A DNA stretch of 63,222 nt, the filler included, from Octopus bimaculoides (lineage: Eukaryota), in NCBI RefSeq assembly GCF_001194135.2. It is 3 parts of 3 records of this genome, joined end to end, with 100 filler letters (N's around TTAATTAATTAA, not from the genome) between each part and the next. Parts side by side here need not be neighbours in the genome. Positions count along the whole stretch, not along the records: positions 1 to 30,750 come from NC_069007.1; 2 more parts are not named here. One strand, written 5' to 3'. The translations under genes and the position numbers were made by a program. Positions within the stretch are counted from its first letter, which is position 1, and each line of letters starts with the position of its first letter. This document shows, piece after piece, positions 14,283 to 26,650 of the stretch. The notes under the pieces were generated by a model. That model saw only the letters and a list, made by a program, of their open reading frames with translations. It searched no databases and had not been told where the DNA came from.

Positions 14283-14839
14283 GCCATCCTATTTCAATAT
14301 GTGTGTGGGATATTTTCATAACTTGAAACCCAAAATATATTTATGCTTTATACACATATAGGTTTGTGTCACCAACCCTCTATCTGTATGTATTTATTTA
14401 TACGCTTGTGTGTGCCTCAGTCTATGCATTACTTGCACTTTTAAAAACATAGATATTCAAATATTTCTTGGAAAAAATTTAGTGCCAAACAGCAATAATA
14501 ATAATAATAATTTGAAAGTCAATTAAACTTCCATCATATTTCAATCAGAAACTATTTGTATATGATGTATTCAAGTTGAAAAGAAATTTTTTCCCCCTCA
14601 AAATATTAAGAAGTAAAAAAAAAAAGTGAATTTTTTCTTTTTTTTTTTTTACTGATATATCGTTAAATATTCAATGAACTAAGTGGTGAAATGTAACCGT
14701 TCGTGTAACGTAAATCTCCACTTCTGATCTCTGAATTTTCATCTTACCATTTCTTCTTTCTTCATTTCTCTTTCTCTCTCTCCCTCTCTCTGTTTCTTTT
14801 GTTTTCATTTTCATCACCTCTTATTATTATTATTATTAC

Positions 14840-15290
14840 CATTGATATTACTATTTTTTATTATTATTACTATTCTTCTTCTTCTTATTATTATTACTAT
14901 TATTATTATTAAAATTACAATCACTATTATTATTAATATTATTCAATTTATTGCTATTATTATTATTATTATCATTATTATTATTATCATTGATATTACT
15001 ATTTTTTATTATTATTACTATTCTTCTTCTTCTTCTTATTATTATTATTATTACTATTATTATTATTAAAATTACTATCACTATTATTATTAATATTATT
15101 CAATTTATTGCTATTATTATTATTATTATTATCATTATTATTATTATTATCATTGATATTACTATTTTTTATTATTATTACTATTCTTCTTCTTATTATT
15201 ATTATTACTATTATTATTATTAAAATTACTATCACTATTATTATTAATATTGTTCAATTTATTGCTATTATTATTATTATTATCATTATT
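14840..15290. repeat. Three tandem units of about 150-160 bp built from degenerate (ATT)n
   Basis: Units start cattgatattactattttt at 14840, 14988 and 15151. Confidence 0.85.
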
Positions 15291-15438
15291 TCTATCATTA
15301 TCATCATCATCATCATCGTCATCATTGTGCTTCCAACAAGACACGCACACATTTCTCTCACTACTTAAAAGAAAACCAGAGAAATTGTTCCACTCAACTT
15401 GCTAAAATAATTTTGGTTCCTCTGGAATTTATTTGGAA

Positions 15439-15475
<37 letters not shown>

Positions 15476-16198
15476 ATGCATGTATTACATTGATTTTTGT
15501 CTATTTTTTTCTACACTAATATAGTATAGTTATAAGGAAGCATATATATATTCTTCTCATGGCTAAGAGTTGTTTTGACTCTTATTTCTTGCAATGTTGG
15601 TGCTTACTAGCATCCTCTGTCACTTTGGGGACAACTGTACTTGTTGCCCATGGCTCTAAATTGTGAATAACCACCTAGATAATTTATAATTGTATATGTA
15701 ATCCAGAAGATGTACCCAGCGCAAGCTATGGACACATAAGAGATACAGCAATATCAGAAGAAGATTAACAGGGAAAATACTAGAGAAAATAAGCAGAAGT
15801 AGTTGATAGCTTCCATTACTTTAGGTGACCAAGTCAGTAGCAGATGCTCTGAGAGTATAGCTGCTAGAATAAGAATAGAGAGCTCTTATCTCTGCTGGCA
15901 GCAAAGGGCCTCTCCCTCAGAGGGAAAGGCAGATTGTATGATGCCTGTGTGTGAACAGTGGAGGCGCAATGGCCCAGTGGTTAGGGCAGCGGATTCACGG
16001 TCATAGGATCACGATTTCGATTCCCAGACCGGGTGTTACCAGGATATTTATTATATCCTTTCATCGGAGATGACACATGCTGATATATGACCTACGTTGG
16101 ACCCCTTATTCGCACAATCGCCGAACCTGGAGCTTAACTGTCGTCTATCCATATGCTTACTCAGCATTACCTGACACCTTTGGGTCTTACTGACACCA

Positions 16199-16536
16199 AC
16201 GGAATGGAATGGATAAGATCTGGGCTACATATGTTTCATAGCGAGCGGAACCTCGGAAGTGGTAAACAACCAAGTGAGATGTATATCAAAGGAAACTCTT
16301 CAGACCAAGGATATCTTGATTAAACGAAAGCTTACATTGTCATAAGGAGGTTCTAGTTAACACAATCTGAATCATCCATGTGTTAACACGAACCTCCTTG
16401 TGACAATGTAAACTTTCATTTAATGAAGATATTTTTGGCCTGAAGAGTAGTCTGCGGTCTCACTTGGATATTTACCACTTTTAGGGTTCCACTCGCTATG
16501 AAATATATGTAGCCTGGATCTTGACTACTCCATTCT
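16199..16536. mobile_element. About 340-bp fold-back element
   Basis: Diverged inverted arms of about 160 bp around a short spacer (e.g. gaaagcttacattgtcataaggaggttc vs gaacctccttgtgacaatgtaaactttc). Confidence 0.75.
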
Positions 16537-16912
16537 GTAATTCTTATATTATTATTCACATGCCCAGCAACCCTGGTCACCTACTGTGAAATATAAAAAG
16601 AACATTTTTCAGTTTATCCTACATTGATACGAAAAATATCCATAACATTCCATCTCAATAAACCACTATTGTCCTTGAAAGTTGTTTTATATTTACTACA
16701 GACTGCTTGAAGCTAGCTTTCTTCTTACACCTAGATTCTTGACTCTTACATTTATATATGTAGAAACTCTGCCAAATCAGATTGGAGTCTGTTGTAGCCA
16801 TTGGGTTTCACCAGTCGTCAGTCAAATCGTCCAACCCATGCTAGCATGGAAAGTGGACGTTAAACGATGATGATGATGATGATATATATATATATATATA
16901 TGTGTGTGTATA

Positions 16913-17124
16913 TATCTGCAAAAATATGTGACACTTATTCAGTAGCCATGATAAAACTCCGAGTTTCAGATGCCAGAGTGGGGGCCCACGCCAACATCTC
17001 TTCAGTTATCCGGCCAATTGAAAATTCCTGTGAAAAATGACCATTAAAAATGCCCCCGCCCTGGCATCCGAAACGCGGAGTTTTATCATGGCTACTGAAT
17101 AAGTGTCACATATTTTTACAGATA
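16913..17124. mobile_element. MITE with inverted arms of about 72 bp
   Basis: aaaaatatgtgacacttattcagtagccatgataaaactccg and its exact reverse complement; TA-rich flanks. Confidence 0.8.
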
Positions 17125-18183
17125 AATTCCTCTATTTACATAATATTGAGTTCTCTTTCTTTCTTTTGTTGTCCTTCCTGTCAAATACAAACATATATAT
17201 ATATATACAAATGGGCTGAGGTTCTCTACACCTGTTTCAGACATGTTTTTCATTGATGAACAAATCAATTACATCATGTAAAAAAATGTTTTCTGCATGT
17301 AAATTAAAATAATATTTAACATTTATGATATTTTTCACACAATATTTAATCGACCAATGCATTACTAGATTCGAATTTATAGGGTGACAGTGACAAGAAA
17401 TGATTATAAATGTGTTGGTGTGTTGGAAGAGTGAGGTGTTAGCCTGTATATTTGTGTGTGTGTGCGTGTGTGTGTGCGTGTAGTGATGAAATCTGCTCAA
17501 GTTGAAGTATATGTGTGAATATGTGTATGTGGATGTGTGGTTTTGTAAATGCATGCATTCGTATGTATGATCACATATGTATTCATGTGTATGATGCATG
17601 TGTATATGTGTATGTATGTTTGTGCATGAGAGTGTGTACATACATACATACATACATACAACTATAGATTTATGGATAGATTAAAGAGAATTGAAATATT
17701 TGATGATTGTTTTTAGATTTTTGATGGGTAAAATACTACGAGTAATAGTTCTGATAATAAAAGTGCTTAAAAATAGGTACATATATCCATCTAGTTATTT
17801 GCCTGTCTGTCTATCTATCTCTCTATGTATCTGTCTATATCTACTTCTCTCTCTCTCTCTCTCTCTGTCTTTATATATGTGTCTGTCTGTCTGTCTGTCT
17901 GTATACTAATAAATATGAAATATATATTGATATTTTGTTGTGTCTAGGGAGAGTCATATTGCCTTAATATATTTAACATGCTCACCAATACAATTTCCAC
18001 TCATTTTGTATATACATTTTAAAATATAAATATGTATATATATATATTTACATATATTCCTAAGTAGATATATGTATACATACGCCACTGTGTGTGTTTA
18101 TGTATGTGTATAGAGAGGGAGAACGATAGACAGACAGATAAATAGATAGATACATTGATATGTATGTATATTGACAATACATA

Positions 18184-18350
18184 TATATAGTTGGAATTTA
18201 CAAAAAAGCAAAAGACGAAGACAGGTGTATAAACAACAAACAGGTGTAATAGTTTAATGCTCGGTAAGGTGAAAAAGTCTTTTACGTTTCGTGCCTATGC
18301 TCTTCAACAGAAAGGAACACGAGAAAATAAACAGAGAATAAAATAAGCTT
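18184..18350. mobile_element. Interspersed repeat, possibly a Penelope-type terminal repeat (related copies 27370-27520 and 43130-43270 inverted)
   Basis: Shared aaaagacgaagac...tagtttaa.gctcgg...tttcg.gcctatgctcttcaacagaaagga sequence. The class assignment is inference. Confidence 0.5.
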
Positions 18351-18378
18351 TAGTGGCTAGTGGCCATTTTCTCTCTCG

Positions 18379-18438
<60 letters not shown>

Positions 18439-18843
18439 ATATGTATATATAGTTCAGTGGTTAGAGCATTGGACTGGCAATCATGAGGTAGTGAGTTCAA
18501 TTCCTGGGCCATGTGTGTGCTGTGCTCTTGAGCAAGACACTTTATTTCGTATTGCTCCAGTTCACTCAGCTGTAGTGAGGTCATAAGCTGCATCAGTTAT
18601 TGTCTTTCCCTTGGATAACATTATCGGCAGGGCTGTGTATATTGGAGTTGTAAAACAATATATTCATCTGGAGTGTTAAGTATAAGAAAGCTCAAGTAAA
18701 TATAATTGGTAAAAATGTCAGATTGTGCTATTATGTGTATTCTTATTAAATAAATATAAACTTAAAATGTAGAGTTTAATTCAAATGTGTATAGTTACTA
18801 ATGTATAATTAAGGTAGAAGAAATTGTAACCTTTAATTTGTGC

Positions 18844-18885
<42 letters not shown>

Positions 18886-20124
18886 TCATCATCATCGTTT
18901 AACGTCCGCCTTCCATGCTAGCATGGGTTGGACGATTTAACTGAGGACTGGTGAAACCGGATGGCAACACCAGGCTCCAGTCTGATTTGGCAGAGTTTCT
19001 ACAGCTGGATGCCCTTCCTAACGCCAACCACTCAGAGAGTGTAGTGGGTGCTTTTACGTGTCACCCGCACGAAAACGGCCAGGCTCGAAATGGTGTCTTT
19101 TATGTGCNNNNNNNNNNNNNNNNNNNNNNNNNNNNNNNNNNNNNNNNNNNNNNNNNNNNNNNNNNNNNNNNNNNNNNNNNNNNNNNNNNNNNNNNNNNNN
19201 NNNNNNNNNNNNNNNNNNNNNNNNNNNNNNNNNNNNNNNNNNNNNNNNNNNNNNNNNNNNNNNNNNNNNNNNNNNNNNNNNNNNNNNNNNNNNNNNNNNN
19301 NNNNNNNNNNNNNNNNNNNNNNNNNNNNNNNNNNNNNNNNNNNNNNNNNNNNNNNNNNNNNNNNNNNNNNNNNNNNNNNNNNNNNNNNNNNNNNNNNNNN
19401 NNNNNNNNNNNNNNNNNNNNNNNNNNNNNNNNNNNNNNNNNNNNNNNNNNNNNNNNNNNNNNNNNNNNNNNNNNNNNNNNNNNNNNNNNNNNNNNNNNNN
19501 NNNNNNNNNNNNNNNNNNNNNNNNNNNNNNNNNNNNNNNNNNNNNNNNNNNNNNNNNNNNNNNNNNNNNNNNNNGGGAGAGTTATTCTTTTTTAATGACT
19601 TATTACTTAACACACTCAGTGCTTCGATTTGCACTCATTTACTTATTAATTTTTTCTAAAATTTTTGTTATGTCTTCCAATATTTTCAATAGCCATTGAC
19701 TCAACGTCTATTGAAAAGGTTGCAAGATGCAACGAAAATTTTAGAAAGAATAAATATGTAAAGGAGTGGAAATGAAACCAGAGTGTTAAGTAATAAGGCT
19801 TTAAAAGAGAATGACCCTCTATAGACACAATAAAATATGCTTCAACACACAAATTCACATAAAGAATCTTGCAATACAAAAACGAAATATATATATATAT
19901 AATATACATACTCTTTTACTTTTTACTTGTTTCAGTCATTTGACTGCGGCCATGCTGGAGCACCACCTTTAGTCGAGCAAATTGACCCCAGGACTTATTC
20001 TTTGGATGTCTAGTACATATTCTATCGGTCTTTTTTGCTGAACCGCTAAGTTACAGGGACATAAACACACCAGCATCGGTTGTCAAACGATGTTGGGGGG
20101 ACAAACACAGACACACAAACATAT

Positions 20125-20196
<72 letters not shown>

Positions 20197-21204
20197 AAGT
20201 ACTGGTGATGACGCCATGTAAAAAGCATCTGGTACACTCTGGAAAGTGACTGGCATTAGGAAGGATATCTGCCCAAAGAAACCATACCAAAACCAACAAC
20301 TGATCCCTGTTGCAGCTCTACACCTTAACAGCTTCTGCCAAGCGATGCAACTGATCCCAGCATGGAAAACAAGCATTAAATGGTGATCGTACATTGACTC
20401 ATGCAGATATTCTGCTGCAACTGATAGCTTGCAAGTTCCAATAATATTGTATCCCATGGAGAGAGATGCGAGTTCTTATTTCTGAAGCTAAGCTTTTTCT
20501 TTTGATGGAAAAATTAAATTATTCTTAAGATAGCAAATAGATTTAGTGCCATCCAATTTCCTGTGCGATGCTGTTTGCTCAGCGTGATCTTAAATATTCA
20601 TGTTTCCTTATCTATCGGAAACGGTTTCCTTTGAGAACTTAAAATACGTCTCTTCATGGTATATGAAGTTCTTTAAATTTGAAGACTTCTTCATTATCAA
20701 CATCGTTTTTGTCATCCTCGTTTGGCATCATTATCATTGTCAAAATCATCATCATCATAATCATCATTGTTATCACCATCATCGTCATTGTTATCATAAT
20801 CATGATCACTATCATCATCATGGTTTTCATCATCATAGTCATCATGATGCTGATCATTATCATCATCATCATTGTTATCATCATCGTTATCATCATTATC
20901 AGGATTACTGTCATCATCATCATGGACATTAGTAGCAGCATCATCACCATCTTCATCAACATCATTATCGTTACTAAAATTATCATCTTCATCATGATCA
21001 CCATCGTCATCATCAACCTCATCCTCATCTCACTGTTGTCATCATCATTGTCATCACTGTTGTCATTGTCATCATTATCATCAATCACCATCACATATTC
21101 TCCCCTACAGAACGTTACATAATGTGGGTGTGTGTGTGTGCGTGTGTGCGCGTGTGTGTGTGTGTGTGTGTGACAACTCAATCATGTAAGGAAATGTAAG
21201 CAGC

Positions 21205-21242
<38 letters not shown>

Positions 21243-21244
21243 TA

Positions 21245-22190
21245 ATAATGGTTCTATGGTTGTAAAGATCAGCTACTCATCAATAAGATGATCTTGGAAA
21301 ATTGTCACAAATGACACAAAACCTTGTCGATAATCTGGATAGACTATAAAAAAGCATTTGGTAGCCTACCACATAGCTGGATTAAGAAATGTCTGGAAAT
21401 GTATAAAATAGCTCCTACTCTGTGAAACTTTTTGTCTATAAGTATGAGATCATGGAGAACCACACTGACTTTGAGCAGTGTCAATGAATCTCTAAATGAT
21501 GGAGATGTAAGTATTTCATGTGGTGTTTGCCAGGGTGACTCTCTAACACCACTCCTCTTTTGTCTAGCCTTAATACCTCTCTCAAAATTGCCCAATGATG
21601 CACAGTATGGTTATAAAATGTTTGATAAAATATAAACCATTTTATTTACGTGGATGATTTAATGCTCTTTGCAAAATATTACCAGCAACTCAAGGGCTTA
21701 CTGTTGATTGTTAAACAATTCTGTGATGACATCAGGATGCAATTTGGTCTCGATAATTGTGCAAAACCTACCTTTATCAAAGGAAAAATGACAGAAACAT
21801 CAAATGTTAATCTTGACCAGCTGAATGTCAAAGTAGCTAGAACCAGCGGACAGCTACAAATACCTAGGGGTATTTGAAGGTGATGGAATCAGGTATTCAG
21901 TGATGAGGGAATGGATCAGGAGAGAATGTTATCGCAGGGTGAGAGCAATACTTAAGACAGAACTAAATGCAAGAAACAGGATCGAAGCGATCAATACTTT
22001 AAGCCATACCAGTCGTGACTTATAGTTTCAATATCATTAATTGGTCAATTACTGAAATATGTAATCTTGACAGAAAAATATGAAAATTGTTGACAGTGGA
22101 TAGAATGCAGATATAGAACATATATATGGATAGAGATATCTAAGGCAGATATAGAACAACTTTACCTGCCAAGAAAAGAGAGAGGCAACA
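21245..22190 (+). mobile_element. RLE-type non-LTR retrotransposon RT fragment (probably related to 9440-10285)
   Basis: WIDYKKAF, GVCQGDSLTPLLFCLALIPLS and YVDDLMLFAK RT motifs, interrupted. Confidence 0.85.
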
Positions 22191-22329
22191 ACTTTTAAGA
22201 AAGTTATCTCCTGCCGAACACGAAAAATACTGTAACTATATTTGGCCGATGAAACTAGGTGAGATTTGTTTCAATGAAACAATTTGTTATCGAGACTTTT
22301 CAGTGAAAGAAGTTCCCTGTTCAATACTC

Positions 22330-23120
22330 GATGGCAATGTTTAAATTTACTTAAAATAATGAAGATTCCGTCACCTGTGCTGAGGTCGTTAACAGAGAGT
22401 GTGAAAAATTCAAATTAAATGAAATGTTCAAATGTCTAATTTTTATTCAAGAAAAGATGCGAATATTCGCTCCCGTATATTAACGAAATTAGAACAGGAC
22501 AAAAAAAATTAACTCTACAGGCTGTGGCTGAAGAATACCAAAGGATAATAATTATGAGGTATGATGCAGATAAAACTGAAGAAAGAGATTGCTCTCAGAC
22601 ATATGCGTGTCATCCTGGAATGGATAAGAAAAAAAAAAAAACGAACCTCTAGGCCAAATCCATGCTATGTTTGCAGAGGTTTACATTTTAAAAGTAATTG
22701 TGTTTTTGAAAATCGTAAATGTTTTGATTGTGGAAAAATCGGACATAAAAGCTCACATTGTATAGCGAAACAGAAAAAAAGAGTCAAGCAAAAAGAAAAA
22801 TGCTAGAAAGAATGTATTGTTAAAAAAAAATTCGAAGCAAGGCTTAGAAAAGAAAATTTGTGTCCTTAAAAATGAATAACGTGAATATCAAGTTACAATT
22901 GGATACGAGCAGTGATATCACGAGAAGTAATACAGATACATGGAGAAAAATAGGGAAACCTAGATAAAAGGAAACTTCGAAAATTGCATGAGGTGTTTCA
23001 GGAAAAAATTGCATTTTATGGGTGAAATGATAAGTGATGTTTCATTTCATGGAAAAACTTTGAAAGCCAAATTTTTTGAGTTGAAAAATAAGACAAATTT
23101 ATTTGGAACACAAAAACACG
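22330..23120 (+). mobile_element. Gypsy LTR retrotransposon gag/protease remnant
   Basis: Tandem zinc-knuckle-like motifs CYVCRGLHFKSNC and CFDCGKIGHKSSHC, plus a protease-like LQLDTSSDIT segment. Confidence 0.75.
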
Positions 23121-23377
23121 ACAAATTTATTTGGAACCTGTACAAATAAGGCATCGGGGAGTTTAAAAAATGGGCGATCTTACGATACCAGTACCAAAGC
23201 ACCCACGCGTGTTTATTTACATCACATCGGCCTTTTCCGTAAAAAGTGTACGTACGTCCGCACGCAAACACGCACGCACACACACACACACACACATACA
23301 TAACCTCTCTTTCTCACACTGACAAAAGAACTTCACCACACTTTCTGTCTCGCATACTCACTATAAAAAGGAAATAA

Positions 23378-23521
23378 GGTAATTTTTCAGATTAACACCC
23401 GCACGATCTTCACTACGGTGTTAGGGTTAGAATTTTAGGGTTAGGGTTTTAGGGTTTGGGATAGGGAATTCCGTCCCTAACCTTAAAAAAGATTGTGCGG
23501 GTGTTAATCTGAAAAATTACC
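23378..23521. mobile_element. MITE with 33-bp TIRs enclosing TTAGGG-type repeats; Merlin-like ends
   Basis: TIRs at 23378-23410 and 23489-23521 (1 mismatch) begin GGTAA; 8-bp flanks ggaaataa / gaaaataa. Confidence 0.7.
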
Positions 23522-23551
23522 GAAAATAATAATTTCAGTTATCTCTTTCTT

Positions 23552-23588
<37 letters not shown>

Positions 23589-23824
23589 TACACACACCAA
23601 CACCAACTTCAAAAGAAATCGCACTCTCTCTATCTCTTTCGCTTTTAGGACGTCGTTTCCCTCTTTTCCTTCAATACTTTTTACGGAAAAGGCTGATCTT
23701 TGGTAAAGATCGCCGAAGACACTTTAAACAGAAAAGGCCGATCTTTGGTACTGGTATCGTAAGATCGCCAAAAAGAGAATTAAAACAAATTTTTCTTGAC
23801 GTTTTTTTTTTCTGAGGAATTGGG

Positions 23825-24000
23825 TCTTTGTACAAAACAGAAGTGAAGTTTCAAGTGAAAGGAAATGTTATTCTGGTATTTAAACCAAAAAGAAGAGCAC
23901 CTTTCGCAGCGTTGAAACAAGTCAACGAAGAATTGGATAGACTTGAAAAGCTTGGCGTGATTGAAAAAATTGATTACACAAATGGTATGGCGCCGTCATA
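23825..24000 (+). mobile_element. Gypsy RT N-terminal fragment
   Basis: PVFKP-like VFKPKRRAPFAALKQVNEELDRLEKLGVIEKIDY. Confidence 0.8.
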
Positions 24001-24029
24001 CCATGGTTCCGAATTCGCCTAAGTCGCTC

Positions 24030-24520
24030 GCTCGTTTCATGTAATTGTAACGTTATTCTGTTGTTGTGTGTTTTTCTACACTCTGTTTTTGCTGCCTTGC
24101 AGCGGTACTGCTAGTGTTTTCCCTCGGTTGAAGGGGAAAGCGTTGTGAATGATGCGGAGATGGACTATGTGAGTCTTAGTTCGTCCCCTATGACCTCGTC
24201 CGAGGAGGGCCTGAGAAAAAGTCTGGAAAGGATTGACAAAGTAATGGAAGGAAGGAAGGAAGGAAGGAAGGAAGAAAATGAACTTTGCAGCTGCGGCTGA
24301 TGATAAGAAAGAAGAAATCTCTCTCAACAAAAAAGAAAAGCAAAAATACAAAGAAACGTTGAAGAGAGAAGGACAAGAGGTGAAGGTGTCACCCCTCAGC
24401 AACAACACAAGAATTATCAAGGAAAGAAGTATCACATACAGAACCTATAACCCGAAATCCAACAAAGTGAAGAGAGTGGCAAAAGAACAAATAGAAGAAG
24501 CACTAAGAACCTGGGAGCAT
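24030..24520 (+). mobile_element. Possible 5' end / ORF1 start of a retroelement, frameshifted at a GGAA microsatellite
   Basis: MDYVSLSSSPMTSSEEGLRKSLERIDKV continues in another frame as a Lys/Glu-rich ORF (24278-24592); no recognisable domain. Confidence 0.3.
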
Positions 24521-24660
24521 TACTCTATTTTACTCTATTTTACTTGTTTCAGTCTTTTGACTGTGGCCATGCTGGAGCACCACCTTTGGTGATATTGAAC
24601 CCTGCCCAGGATGTTATTGGTGTCTACATATGCCTTTACCCACAAGACTACCGAGACACC

Positions 24661-24885
24661 TACGACCTTAATACCAAAGGGGAGTCGATTAAATTTATAA
24701 AACCCCTTATGGGTATTTATTGTCAATTATTTTGAACATTCCTCATCAACTTTTACCTGCAAATATGCTTCAAATAGGTCCAACTTTGAAAAAAATTTTC
24801 CTCCATTCAACTTTGCAAAAATTTCTTCTGGACTTGGTAACGGGTAATTATATGGCATCAAACATTCTTTTAATCCCGTTGAAAA
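24661..24885 (-). mobile_element. Gypsy RT fragment in opposite orientation
   Basis: FSTGLKECL..YPLPSPEEIFAKLNGGKFFSKLDL.EAYLQV..DEECSK and INTHKGFYKFNRLPFGIKV. Confidence 0.85.
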
Positions 24886-24924
24886 TAAAAAAGAAATAAT
24901 AATAATAATAATGATAATAATAAA

Positions 24925-25455
24925 TACCCTGATGCAATACCAGGCAGTGGCTCTCATGGCTTCTGATCTTAACTGATTGGAAGTGTTATCATGTACATTG
25001 TCTTGTCTTGGTATAAAGAGATGGGCTACAGCAAATATTCTGCTTAATACCACAGATTTGCTTGTCAGTTGTTTGACCTCAACCAGTTGAGCATGTCCCT
25101 TGGTGGCTGACGATATGTGCATCTCTGATCATGAGCAGACGTAGTGGAGGAGCATCATAGCCATGTGTTCAGAGGAATTCTTTGGAGTTTGAATAATTCA
25201 CTTTTGGAAACATGGGTGTTTTGTTCATCATCCTTAAAAGAAACCTTATTGAGCAGGATGGGCTACTCAACCTGCAGAACTGGGCCCCCACCTGCAAGAT
25301 CATGTACTGTTGATCTTGATATGCGTTCACCATGTTGCACACATATGGTTGTGATGCATGTGCCTGATGTACCTTTATCAGATGGGTAGACATGATGGGT
25401 ATACTGGGCTTTGTATATTTTACCCTAGCGTCACTTTGATGGGATGTGCCGCTCT
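24925..25455. mobile_element. Interspersed repeat family (cagtggctctcatggcttctgatcttaactg...; copies 4075-4480, 12865-13780, 27800-27900, 31920-32060)
   Basis: Multiple similar copies within the window. Confidence 0.75.
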
Positions 25456-26614
25456 CTCACTCACTCATAATAATGGTTTCAAATTTTTCCAAAAGGGTAG
25501 CAATATTGGGGGAGGGGGTGAGTTTATTACATCAACCCCAGTGTCCAACTGGTACTTATTTTTTATCGACCCTGAAAGGATGAAAAGTAAAGTCAACCTT
25601 GGTGGAATTTGAACTCAGAACATAAAGACAGACAAAATGCCACAAAACATTTTGCTTAGCATGCTAATGATTCTGCCAGTTCATCATCTTGATAATAATA
25701 ATGAAATACACAAGATGGCTGTTGAAATGTGAATCTATGAGCGTTTCTCTTTGATAGCAATAAAAAAATAATGTATATAGCAGTTTTATGAGTAGCATTG
25801 CTCTTGTGATATAGCCAGGATTCTAAAAGCACCAACACACACACAACCACACTCACACATACATGTGCAGAAAGGTTCTAAGGAAAAAACTGATTTTCTT
25901 TTAGTACCCAAATGAGCATATCATGAAAGTTTTTTTTATATTCTTATATTATGTCTTTATTGATTTCAGAGAAGCAAATATCTCTTAGAATCCTTTCTCT
26001 AAATCTGAGACTTAACAATTGATTTTGTCAGAAAGAAGGTTAAAAGTGTCACTAGAATTTGACATAAATTCTAAAAGGAATCGGCAACAATCAAAACTAA
26101 ATAGGAAACTCATATAGAAATATAGCATATTTGTTTGCCAATAATGGCACTTCTTAAGAGCTGACATAAAATGCTAAAATGGCGATTCTATTGTGGAATC
26201 AACGGTGATGATCGTCTCATATGAAAATAAACGTTTATATTTTATACATCGCAAATAGATTTGATGATGTTCATGTCTTTTTTTTCCCCATTTTTTATGT
26301 GTGTGCATGTAAGTGGATGTATGATTTTCTCAAAGCAAACATTACACACACACTCTCACCACACACACACACACACACTCACACATAATGCTCGCAGGCA
26401 CAGTCTGGTAAACACACATAAGCCCAACTATATATTTATATACGTGTGCAGGAATGGCTATGTGTTTAAGAAGTTTGCTACACAACCATCTGGTGCTGGG
26501 TTCAATCCTACCCTGAACACCTTAGGCAAGTGTCTTCTTCTATAGCACCATGCCCATCAAAGAAATGTGAATGAATTTGGTAAATAGAAATGAAAGGAAC
26601 CCATTCAATATGTC

Positions 26615-26650
<36 letters not shown>

